The notes beneath the pieces are model-generated. The model searched no databases, had not been told where the DNA came from, and saw nothing but the letters and a program-made list of their open reading frames with translations. A program made the translations under genes and the position numbers. DNA of 64,000 bases from an uncultured bacterium. Lineage in GTDB: Bacteria; Krumholzibacteriota; Krumholzibacteriia; LZORAL124-64-63. How positions within the stretch are numbered: the stretch's first letter is position 1; every line of letters starts with the position of its first letter. Shown here one piece after another: positions 1-8,304 of the stretch. The stretch covers positions 288,001-352,000 of the forward strand of contig CAVSGO010000007.1 in the NCBI GenBank assembly GCA_963727525.1. Reading direction: 5' to 3'.

Positions 1-2456
1 CGGTAGAATCGGTTCGGCCCGGTGTCCAGCGCGAGCGCCTCGGTGAGCGACCGCTGCACAAGGCGCGGATCCTCCGTGTCGCCGGCCACGTTGATCGCCG
101 TCGACGTGTGGATGCGCCCGGACGTGTTGCTGTACGCGTTGTTGTAGAGGACGACAGCGCGGTCTTGTCCGTGGCGATTGGTGTAGGCGAACACATTCTC
201 GTCGACGCCGCCCTCGGGTGTCACGAAGTCGAAGAGCGCGAAGTTCTCGGCGCCGCTGAACAGCCCGCGCTGGTGCAGCAGGGGGGAGATCTCGCGTTCG
301 TGGCGGTGCACCATGTCCATGTCGACGGGTTCGTCCCAGTACGCCCGTCGATACTCCATGCCATACTTCTCGGCGAAGCCCTCGATCTGGCCATGCCCGA
401 ACATGGGCAGGCCCGGCATGGTCGCCATGAGAATGGCCACACCGAAATACTTGTCGCCCTTGCCGAACTGCTCCACGGCGGTGCGCTCGTCGGGGTTGTT
501 CATGAAGTTCACGAAGCGTTGCAGCACGGCGGGGCTGAACGCGAGCACGTTCTTCACCGTCTGCCGGTACTTCCCGTTCTCTTCCATCTTCAGCATGTTC
601 ATGAACGCACTGTTGTACACACGATGCATGCCGAGGGTGCGCACGAAGTAGCCCTCCATGAGCCAGAAGGCTTCGGCCAGCAGCAACGTGTCGGGTACCT
701 CGGCGGCCACCCGGTCGACGACCTCGCGCCAGAACTCCTTTGGCATGTGCGCGAGGAAGTCCTCGCGGCTCATGCCGTGCTCGGCGCGGGAGGGGATGGC
801 GCCCGCATCGCCGGGCGCGGGAAACCACAGACGCTGGAAGTGCTTGCGGGCCAGGGTCATGGCTGCGTCGAAGCGGATGATCGGGAACCTGCGGGCGACG
901 TGCAGGATGGTCTGGATCACGGCCTCGCGCACGTCGGCGCGGGTGAAGTCGAGTTGGGCCGTGTCGTTCCAGGGCATGCTCGTGCCGTCGTTGCCGTGGT
1001 AGATGTAGCGGTTCTCGCCGTTGCGGGTGTCGCGCCGCTCGAACACGACGGCCGCGTCGGTGCGATGCCAGTAGCCCTCCTCGATGCGAACCTCGACGTC
1101 GGAGTGATCGCAGAGATCGCCGCCGGTGAAGCGGTACGCGGGGAACGGTGGTCGCGGCGACTGCAGGAACCAGTCGGGATGCTCGATCACCCAGCGCGAG
1201 TCGATGCCCATGTGATTGGGCACCATGTCGCTCGCGAGCCTGATGCCGCGCTGCCAGGCGCGCTCGCGCAGGTTCGCGTACGCTTCGTCACCGCCGAGAT
1301 CGTCGGCGATGCGGTACTCGTCGAGGGAGTAGGCCGAGGCCACGGCTTCGGGGTTGCCCTGGTACTGCTTGATCTTGCGCGAGGCCTCCGAACGCTGCCA
1401 CAGACCGATCAGCCACAGCCCGGTGAAGCCCCAGGCGGCGAGGCGGTCGAGCTCCTCGTCGGGGATGTCGGCGAGCGTGCGCACCGGGCGGCCGTGCCGC
1501 TTCGAGAGCTGATCGAGCCATACGTAGGTGCTCTTGGCGATGAGCACGACGTTGCTCATCCAGTCGGCGTCGCGGCTGAACGCGGCCGGTTCGGCGAACG
1601 ACCCGGCCTCGGAGCCGCCGAAGGTGAGCACCGGCGGCGGGCCGTATTCGGGGGCGCGGTGCAGATCCATCTCGCGCATCAGGTCGCGCGCGAGATCGAT
1701 TCGCGCCAGCATCTCCGGCGGCAAGATGGCGGCCCAGTGCGCGCGGATGAAGGCGAGCTGTCCCTCGAGGCTGTCGGGGCTGGCCAGGATCGGCGCTCGC
1801 AGCGTGTGGAACAGCGTCTTGCCGCTCACGCCCGAGGGTTCCTCGCGATCGAAGAATTCCTCGAAGCTGACGACCACCGGTACGTAGCCCGCGCGCCGCT
1901 GCAGCTCCTCGTCGTCGAACAGCTCGCGCAGGGGGCGGGTCGCGGGATTGCGCATCATCAGGTAGAGCAGGATCGACTCCACCGCCACGCGCCCGGACAC
2001 GCCCAGCACAGCCTCTCCGTCCACCAGCCAGGCGTCGCGCGGCTTGAGCCCCGCGGCCACGGTTCCCGGGGGAAAGAGCTGGACGAACTCGGGAAACAGG
2101 CGGTCCACCGTCGCCTCGCCCACCCGCTGGCGGGCCCAGGCCAGGACGCGGGTGATGGCGTCCGGGCGTTCGTGGATGCAGTAGTGCAGCGCCATGAAGC
2201 GCATGGCGTCGTTCAGGACGCCGAGCGACAGCAGCTGTTCGGCGTGGATCGGCACGAAGGTGCGCCCCGTGGACGGCGGCCGCTCGTTGAAACGATCGGC
2301 GAGTCGCCGCACCGCATATCGGATGTTGTCAGGCCCGAAAGGCAGCTCGTGCGCCAGCAGACGGACGATCGTGAACTCGTCCCAGCCCCGCTGCGATAGC
2401 TGGAATCCGAAGGGAAAGTAGGCATTGACGAGATCGCGCAGACTCGAAGGCGGCAC
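1..2456 (-). CDS. Alpha-amylase family (GH13) glycoside hydrolase, 3' end runs off the window
   Basis: Manually translated minus frame (absent from the ORF track) is open to the window edge. Motifs LWLIGLWQRS, SDMVPNHMG, IRFDAAMTL, LLAEAFW, FMNNPDE. Probable GTG start at 2456 after GAAAGG. Confidence 0.85.
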   Translation of the reverse strand, partial: MPPSSLRDLVNAYFPFGFQLSQRGWDEFTIVRLLAHELPFGPDNIRYAVRRLADRFNERPPSTGRTFVPIHAEQLLSLGVLNDAMRFMALHYCIHERPDAITRVLAWARQRVGEATVDRLFPEFVQLFPPGTVAAGLKPRDAWLVDGEAVLGVSGRVAVESILLYLMMRNPATRPLRELFDDEELQRRAGYVPVVVSFEEFFDREEPSGVSGKTLFHTLRAPILASPDSLEGQLAFIRAHWAAILPPEMLARIDLARDLMREMDLHRAPEYGPPPVLTFGGSEAGSFAEPAAFSRDADWMSNVVLIAKSTYVWLDQLSKRHGRPVRTLADIPDEELDRLAAWGFTGLWLIGLWQRSEASRKIKQYQGNPEAVASAYSLDEYRIADDLGGDEAYANLRERAWQRGIRLASDMVPNHMGIDSRWVIEHPDWFLQSPRPPFPAYRFTGGDLCDHSDVEVRIEEGYWHRTDAAVVFERRDTRNGENRYIYHGNDGTSMPWNDTAQLDFTRADVREAVIQTILHVARRFPIIRFDAAMTLARKHFQRLWFPAPGDAGAIPSRAEHGMSREDFLAHMPKEFWREVVDRVAAEVPDTLLLAEAFWLMEGYFVRTLGMHRVYNSAFMNMLKMEENGKYRQTVKNVLAFSPAVLQRFVNFMNNPDERTAVEQFGKGDKYFGVAILMATMPGLPMFGHGQIEGFAEKYGMEYRRAYWDEPVDMDMVHRHEREISPLLHQRGLFSGAENFALFDFVTPEGGVDENVFAYTNRHGQDRAVVLYNNAYSNTSGRIHTSTAINVAGDTEDPRLVQRSLTEALALDTGPNRFY

Positions 2457-2665
2457 GGTGGACCTTTCGACATGGTATGCAAGTGCACGGGAGCCTCTCC
2501 TTACCAGTCTAACCCAGGAAGCCGGGGCGTAAAGGCGAACAGCGGTATCTAGGTTGGCAGGACGGGGAATCCCGGGTTGGGCAACCGGCCCCCGACGTGG
2601 TAAATTCGAGGCGGACGACGGATCCCGAGAGGTTCGATCTCAATGCCGGGAAAGCGGAGGACGCG

Positions 2666-4450
2666 ATGCCTTGCAACGATATGGCCAAGAAGAATCTCAT
2701 CGCCCAGTGGGCCTTCGACACGCGCCCGATCCTGGGCCGATTCCACCTGTGGCTCGAGGACGTCGAGGTCGAATGGATTTCCGGGGATGGTTCCCGCGAG
2801 CTGCGGGACGTGATCTCCTTCGTGGGCGGGGCCATGGAGCGGCTGTTCATGATGACGGCGTGTGTCACGGCCCTGGGCACCCGGCTCTTCGGCCGTTACG
2901 GCGAGGGCAAGGGGCTCGACAAGCAAGGGCTCAACCGGGTCAAGAAGGACGCCGACGCGATCTCGGCCTACGTCATGAGCGAGTGCCTGTGGTACCTCAC
3001 GCGCAATCTCCCCGAGAACCACGCGGTGATGGTGTGCCTCGGCGAGGGCCTCATGCCCAAGGCCGGCGAGACGCCCGAGATGGGCAGCAATCCCATGCTC
3101 GGCTTCGGTCGCATCTATGCCCGCCCCGAGGTCGCCAAGTTCCTCGACCGGCAGGTCCAGAAGCTCATCAACAACCATGACTCGTGGCAGGATTTCCAGA
3201 GCCGCATCGACCAGGCCGGCATCACCATCTGGGGTGCGGCGATCGACACGCTCGAGAACACGAGCCGCTTCGCGACGGGCGCGACCACGGGCCCGCTGGC
3301 GGTATTGCACGTCTTCGACCAGCCTCTCTCGGTGACCAAACCCTACGAGGGCTACATGGGCAATCTCATCCTGCCGCGCGCCGTGTCGGACGCGGCTGCC
3401 CACGAGTCGCTCCTGATCGACTTCCACACGCCGCGGGAGAAGGTGCTCCACGCCTGCCAGAAGGCCTGGCCCGACCTGCAGCCCCGGAATGTCCACGTGT
3501 GGACCCTGGGCGGCAAGAGCCGTGCCGACCGTATCGGCGACCTCTGGCGGGAGTGGCAGGACGTGGGCGTGCACGTGGCGGAGGACGGCTGGACGCTTCC
3601 CAGCGGTCAGGGCCTCTTCAACGAGTCTGGCACCTACTCGCCCACCCAGATCGTGCGCACCTGGCTCGACGGCGACGGCACGCGCCACCTCTTCCTCGTC
3701 GATGGCTATGCCGCCTCGGCCGAGGCCATGCAGGCGGCGAGCCTGGCGCCGTGCCACGACATCGACGTCTATCTCGCGGTCTTCAGCTCGTCGTTCAAGC
3801 TGCCGTTCCGCAAGGAGGCCGAGGTGATGCAGCTCGACCCGGCGAGCCCCGACTTCGCCACCAAGCTCGGGGACATCCTCGGCGAGCCTGTGGATGCGGC
3901 GACGGAGAAGACCTTCAAGGGGTACATCCACGAGGTCGTCGACGCGAACATCCCCCTCAACAAGCGCTACCTTACCGCCGACGACTTCCTGCCCCGCAAA
4001 CGCTGGGACGTGATGGCCCTCTCGGGTTTCATGCTCGACGACCCCTACGTCGGGGCGCCGGGTGTGCTGCGCGTGGATGACGACACCTACAAGGTCACCG
4101 TCCGGCTGTCCACGCCCCGCGGCATCAAGCGCGTGACCCTCACCCTGCGCTTCATGGAGCCGCCGGAGGTGCGCCGCCTGGTCTGCAATCCACTCCTGAA
4201 CCGCTTCCTCAAGGGGGAGGACTACGAGGAACGGCCAGTGAAGATCTCGGACAGCGGACGTATTCGCAACGAGTTGCAGACGCTCTGTTCCGAAGCGCTC
4301 GAGCATTTCGGCGAGAGCGGGGTTCGGGTGCGGTTCGATCGCATCCCGGCCGACGTGATCAGCCCGGCCGACCAGAAGCGGCTGCAGCAGATCCTGCGCT
4401 GGTACAAGGCCAATCACCCCATCTGGTTCAGCTGGCTCGATCTGGCCTGA
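2666..4450 (+). CDS. Divergent, extended GlpX-like (class II FBPase / metal-dependent sugar phosphatase fold) protein
   Basis: GGAGG RBS before ATG 2666. Motifs KKDADA, CLGEGL...PML, AIDTLENT..FATG, YMGNL occur in the order of GlpX motifs. Confidence 0.5.
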   Translation: MPCNDMAKKNLIAQWAFDTRPILGRFHLWLEDVEVEWISGDGSRELRDVISFVGGAMERLFMMTACVTALGTRLFGRYGEGKGLDKQGLNRVKKDADAISAYVMSECLWYLTRNLPENHAVMVCLGEGLMPKAGETPEMGSNPMLGFGRIYARPEVAKFLDRQVQKLINNHDSWQDFQSRIDQAGITIWGAAIDTLENTSRFATGATTGPLAVLHVFDQPLSVTKPYEGYMGNLILPRAVSDAAAHESLLIDFHTPREKVLHACQKAWPDLQPRNVHVWTLGGKSRADRIGDLWREWQDVGVHVAEDGWTLPSGQGLFNESGTYSPTQIVRTWLDGDGTRHLFLVDGYAASAEAMQAASLAPCHDIDVYLAVFSSSFKLPFRKEAEVMQLDPASPDFATKLGDILGEPVDAATEKTFKGYIHEVVDANIPLNKRYLTADDFLPRKRWDVMALSGFMLDDPYVGAPGVLRVDDDTYKVTVRLSTPRGIKRVTLTLRFMEPPEVRRLVCNPLLNRFLKGEDYEERPVKISDSGRIRNELQTLCSEALEHFGESGVRVRFDRIPADVISPADQKRLQQILRWYKANHPIWFSWLDLA

Positions 4451-4471
4451 CCCTGCCTTTCACCCCGATTA

Positions 4472-4507
4472 TGGAGCGCCCTGGGATTCTTGGCACAGGG
4501 CGCTCCA
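4472..4507 (+). terminator. Stem-loop downstream of the GlpX-like gene
   Basis: 12-bp inverted repeat TGGAGCGCCCTG/CAGGGCGCTCCA about 20 nt after the stop; no clear U-tract. Confidence 0.5.
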
Positions 4508-4725
4508 CTCATCAGTGCCAGCGTCGATCTCAAGTCCGCACCGCCGCTGACCTCGCCGCCGCGACCTCGACATGCGGGCCCAGGAACTGGCGTCGGCCGC
4601 AGCGGACCTCGTCCTGCCCCTGGGAGAGCAGGGGCAGGCGGTAGGCAGAGATGCACGCGATAGCATCGACAGGTTGTGCGAGCTCTGCTACGCTTGTCCC
4701 GGTACGCTTGTCGCGGAGGTTCCAC

Positions 4726-5097
4726 ATGCCGCACTGCATTCTCGAGTTCTCGGACAACGTGGTCGATCGGCCGGATCTGCGCGCGGTTCTGGCCGCGATC
4801 CACGACGGTCTCATGTCCACCGGCATGTTCGTGTCGGGCGACATCAAGTGCCGGGCGATCGAGCACCGCGCTTACGTGGTGGGCGACGGAGCTGCCGATC
4901 GTACGTTCGTGACTCTCGATATCCAGGTGCTGTCCGGCAAGACCGACGATGCCAAGGCGGGTCTCGCCGAGCAGGCGTTGGCGGTACTCGAGCGATTCTA
5001 TCCGCATACGCTCGCAGAGTCCCGGTGCAGCCTCACGGTGCAGGTCACCGACATCCATGCTCCGAGCTACCGGCGTACGCGGACATATGAGTCCTGA
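4726..5097 (+). CDS. 5-carboxymethyl-2-hydroxymuconate isomerase (tautomerase) family protein
   Basis: GGAGG RBS, N-terminal MPHCILEFS with catalytic Pro-1, DIKCRA, typical size of about 120 aa. Confidence 0.85.
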   Translation: MPHCILEFSDNVVDRPDLRAVLAAIHDGLMSTGMFVSGDIKCRAIEHRAYVVGDGAADRTFVTLDIQVLSGKTDDAKAGLAEQALAVLERFYPHTLAESRCSLTVQVTDIHAPSYRRTRTYES

Positions 5098-5112
5098 CAG
5101 GAGGGATTCGCC

Positions 5113-5256
5113 ATGGTCACGGGCCATTGCGCACTCTGCGGTGCCACGAGGGAGATGGACGAGCTCACGACCTGCCAGGGGTGTGGCCGCAAGTACTGCA
5201 AGGAATGCAAGAGCACCACGACCATGCTGAACTACTGCCAGGACTGTTCGCCATGA
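5113..5256 (+). CDS. 47-aa Cys-rich microprotein with four CxxC motifs (putative zinc finger)
   Basis: AGGAGGG RBS; MVTGHCALCGATREMDELTTCQGCGRKYCKECKSTTTMLNYCQDCSP; below the ORF-track cutoff. Confidence 0.7.
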   Translation: MVTGHCALCGATREMDELTTCQGCGRKYCKECKSTTTMLNYCQDCSP

Positions 5257-5262
5257 CCGCTG

Positions 5263-5736
5263 TCACGGCTGGTGGATGAGCTCGACCACCGTCTGCAGAC
5301 CATCCACGTCGACCTGCGCGAACGCCGACTCTCGGTCACCGTCGACGTCGAGTACGGCGACGATACCGCCATCCCGGTCGCGCACGGGCACCACGACCTC
5401 GCTGCGCGAACGGCTGTCGCAGGCCACGTGACCGGGAAATGCGTGCACGTCGGGCACGAGCACGGGCTCGCCACGTTGCACCGCGGCCCAGCACACGCCC
5501 TGCGGTCCCGACAGCACGGCGCAGGCCAGTGGCCCCTGGTAGGGGCCGACGACGAGCCTCTCGCCCTGCACGCGGTAGAATCCGGTCCAGAAGAAGTAGG
5601 GAAACTTGTGGTGCAGGAGCGCGGCCGCCGTCGCCATGCGGGCGATGGGATCGGCCGTCTTCTGGTAGAGCTCAGCGAGCTGGGTCGCCACGCGCTCGTA
5701 ACGGTCGGCGAGCTGGATTGCGGATGCCGTGGCCAT
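5263..5736 (-). CDS. GAF-domain protein, free methionine-R-sulfoxide reductase (fRMsr/MsrC)-like
   Basis: WTGFY, LVVGPYQG..AC, GVC, VPDVHAFPGHVACD..SRSEVVVP, VLDVD; GGAGGAG RBS. Confidence 0.85.
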   Translation of the reverse strand: MATASAIQLADRYERVATQLAELYQKTADPIARMATAAALLHHKFPYFFWTGFYRVQGERLVVGPYQGPLACAVLSGPQGVCWAAVQRGEPVLVPDVHAFPGHVACDSRSRSEVVVPVRDRDGGIVAVLDVDGDRESAFAQVDVDGLQTVVELIHQP

Positions 5737-5891
5737 CATCTCCTCCGGGGCTGCGGCCGCCGATGCGGTCAGCCGTCCTGCCAAGGTACACATGAGGGCG
5801 CGCGCCGCGAGGTCGGGGCAGACATGAGGCCGATCCCCAGGTATCATCATGTGGGTCAGCCGCAACGTCACCCGTCAGCCCGGAGGCAGAC

Positions 5892-6401
5892 ATGGACGCC
5901 CTCGAGGCCCTTTTCACGCGGCGCAGCGTGCGCCAGTATACTGCCGAGCCCGTCAGCGACGAGCACGTGGAGACCTTGCTGAGAGCCGCCATGGCGGCGC
6001 CGTCGGCCGGCAACCAGCAGGTCTGGGAGCTGGTCGTGATCGACGACCGCCGGTTGCTGGATGCGATCCCGACGGTGCACCCTTACGCGCGCATGTGCAC
6101 CGAGGCGCCCCTGGCCATTGTCGTATGCGCCGATCCGGCGCGCGAGCGCTACGCCGGTTTCTGGGTGCAGGACTGCGCAGCCTCGGCGCAGAACGTCCTC
6201 ATCGCTGCGCATGCGCTGGGGCTGGGCGCGGTGTGGCTGGGGATCGATCCCCAGGGCGATCGCGCCGATGCGATTCGCGCATTGCTCGGGCTGCCTGAAC
6301 ACATCGAACCGCTGGCGATCGTGGCCATCGGCCATCCGCGCCTGCAGCCCGCACCCGAGGACCGTTACGATCTGCACAAGACACACCACAACGGCTGGTA
6401 G
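5892..6401 (+). CDS. Nitroreductase family protein
   Basis: RRSVRQY, AAPSAGNQQ, QDC..AQNVLIAAHALGLGAVW. Confidence 0.92.
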   Translation: MDALEALFTRRSVRQYTAEPVSDEHVETLLRAAMAAPSAGNQQVWELVVIDDRRLLDAIPTVHPYARMCTEAPLAIVVCADPARERYAGFWVQDCAASAQNVLIAAHALGLGAVWLGIDPQGDRADAIRALLGLPEHIEPLAIVAIGHPRLQPAPEDRYDLHKTHHNGW

Positions 6402-6419
6402 CGCGCCCGGGCGCACCGA

Positions 6420-8303
6420 TCATGGCGCCGGCACCACGACGATAGGCGCGGCGTTCTGGTGCAGGGCCAGCGTGAGCATGGCGCGCAGTGCCGGGTAATC
6501 GTCAGGTTCCCAGCGGCCCGCGTCCAGCGAGAGCGAGCGGCGTACCGTCAAACCGTGCGCCGAACGCTCGCTGACCAGGTCGTACTTGCCGCGCGGACAG
6601 GTGGCTGATGCGCTGCGCGGCGCCGCGTCCACCATCAGGTTCTCGGGCAACCTGAGGGTTAGCGCGACCTCCTCGGCGTACGTCTCGTCGGCGAAGAGCG
6701 CGGTGGTACGCGCGGGTTGTTCGGCGTGGAATCCCGCCGGCAGGCGATCGAGTACGCCTGCCGGGGACAGCGGCAGGAGATAGATGGTCACGCCGCCGGT
6801 CGGTACCGCGAGGCGTGCGGCGCGGGCGTGCAGGCGCAGGTGGACCTCCCGGGGCGTGTCGCGACGCACGTCGAGGTCGGTGACCTCCGGTTCGACACCA
6901 AATCCGGCAGCCCAGGCGTGCGCGATTTCGTCGGCGGTTCCCAGACCCTCGCGCAGACCCCCAGTGAGCGTGAGGTCGATCTCGGCGGTCACGCCACCAT
7001 CGTCGCCCACGGTGATGGTGCCGGCAAGCCGACCGTGGGCACTGCCGGCGGGGACCGTCCACGTCCTGATGCCACCGCCTGCCTCGAGGAAGAGGCCCGT
7101 GCGTCCCGCGAGGTCGCAGGGGCCGGACCAGGGCGCATCCTTCTCGGGGGCGAGCCACCAGTTGTCCCCGTCCAGGGGAAAGACGAGGCGCGGGGTGACG
7201 AGCTGACTCAACGCGGCCACGTCCTTGGCCGGTTCGCGGGCCCGCGTGAAGAGGCCGAGCTCCGGCTGCAGGCCGGCCGCGCGCAGGAGCGCGAGCGCGA
7301 GGCACGCCTGCTCGATCGGCGTGGCGACAGCGGAGGCGTACACGTCGGCCACGGGGCGCGGCGCGCGCGACCACGTGCCCGTCGGCAACGCGATGCGGTG
7401 CACGCCCTCGTGCACGAGGGTGACGATGCGGCGCACCGTATCCTCTCTCGTGAGATCCTCACCCTCGGCGAGCCAGTCCCGCAGGTCGTCGCCGAGGTCG
7501 GCCGTGGCTGCCTCGACGGCGGTGCGCAGGGCGCCGGCAGCGTCGCGCCAGTCGTGCGTCCGGGCCACCACGATGCGCGCCAGCACGTCGCCGCGGGGGG
7601 CCTCGTCGCCCGTGGTCGGCACGGCGGGCAGATCGCGAAGATGCCAGACGCGGGAGCCGCCATCGTCGGACGTCGCCAGGCTCAGGCCTTCGCCATGCAG
7701 GAACGACGCCGCCACGTCGGCCGGCGTCACCCGCGCCGTGACCTTGCACACCGGCCAGCGGCCCTGCAACGCGACAACCGCCCCGGCGGGGCATGCCCCC
7801 GGGGCGCGGTCGCGGACCTCGTAGTCGAGATCGAGCACGCAACCCTCTTCGGTGCCCACGTGCGAGATCACCATCTCGCGCAGGTCGAGGAACGGTGCCG
7901 CCGCGGCGACCGCGTCGGGAGTGACCTCGTTGAAGGCATTGTCCGGGCTCGGGACCGCGGTGCCGTCGGCCATGAACGTGCGGCAGGTGTGGATGACGAG
8001 ATCCTGGCGGGTGCGGTCCCAGTCGACGCGCACGTCGCTGAGATTGCGCATTGCCCACTGCGTCTGCAGGCGGGTGACGACATGGTCGCGCCGCGTCAGC
8101 CGGCCGTCAGGCGCGAATGCGAGATCGATCTCGCGCCAGAGCACGACGGCGTCGGCGTCCGCGTAGGCGCTCGTCGGAGGCGCGGCAGCGATGAGGGCGG
8201 GCACGTCCAGGCCGGCGGCCAGCGCCGGTGCGCCGACGATGGGCACCAGCCAGAGGATCGCGAGGACGAGGATCAGGCAACGGAGGTCGCATCGCCGGGC
8301 CAT
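6420..8303 (-). CDS. Secreted DUF3857/transglutaminase-like protein, probably non-catalytic
   Basis: Signal peptide, DUF3857-like N-terminus (YADADAVVL), transglutaminase region lacking the GxCKD Cys (ATPIEQA); 1 nt from its upstream paralog. Confidence 0.7.
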   Translation of the reverse strand: MARRCDLRCLILVLAILWLVPIVGAPALAAGLDVPALIAAAPPTSAYADADAVVLWREIDLAFAPDGRLTRRDHVVTRLQTQWAMRNLSDVRVDWDRTRQDLVIHTCRTFMADGTAVPSPDNAFNEVTPDAVAAAAPFLDLREMVISHVGTEEGCVLDLDYEVRDRAPGACPAGAVVALQGRWPVCKVTARVTPADVAASFLHGEGLSLATSDDGGSRVWHLRDLPAVPTTGDEAPRGDVLARIVVARTHDWRDAAGALRTAVEAATADLGDDLRDWLAEGEDLTREDTVRRIVTLVHEGVHRIALPTGTWSRAPRPVADVYASAVATPIEQACLALALLRAAGLQPELGLFTRAREPAKDVAALSQLVTPRLVFPLDGDNWWLAPEKDAPWSGPCDLAGRTGLFLEAGGGIRTWTVPAGSAHGRLAGTITVGDDGGVTAEIDLTLTGGLREGLGTADEIAHAWAAGFGVEPEVTDLDVRRDTPREVHLRLHARAARLAVPTGGVTIYLLPLSPAGVLDRLPAGFHAEQPARTTALFADETYAEEVALTLRLPENLMVDAAPRSASATCPRGKYDLVSERSAHGLTVRRSLSLDAGRWEPDDYPALRAMLTLALHQNAAPIVVVPAP

Positions 8304-8304
8304 G

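Noticed and set aside
108-2399. Long plus-strand ORF (763 aa) and similar long antisense ORFs such as 25526-29074, 32086-36030 and 14674-16872
   Set aside because: Shadow ORFs opposite genuine genes, expected at high GC; no recognisable motifs.
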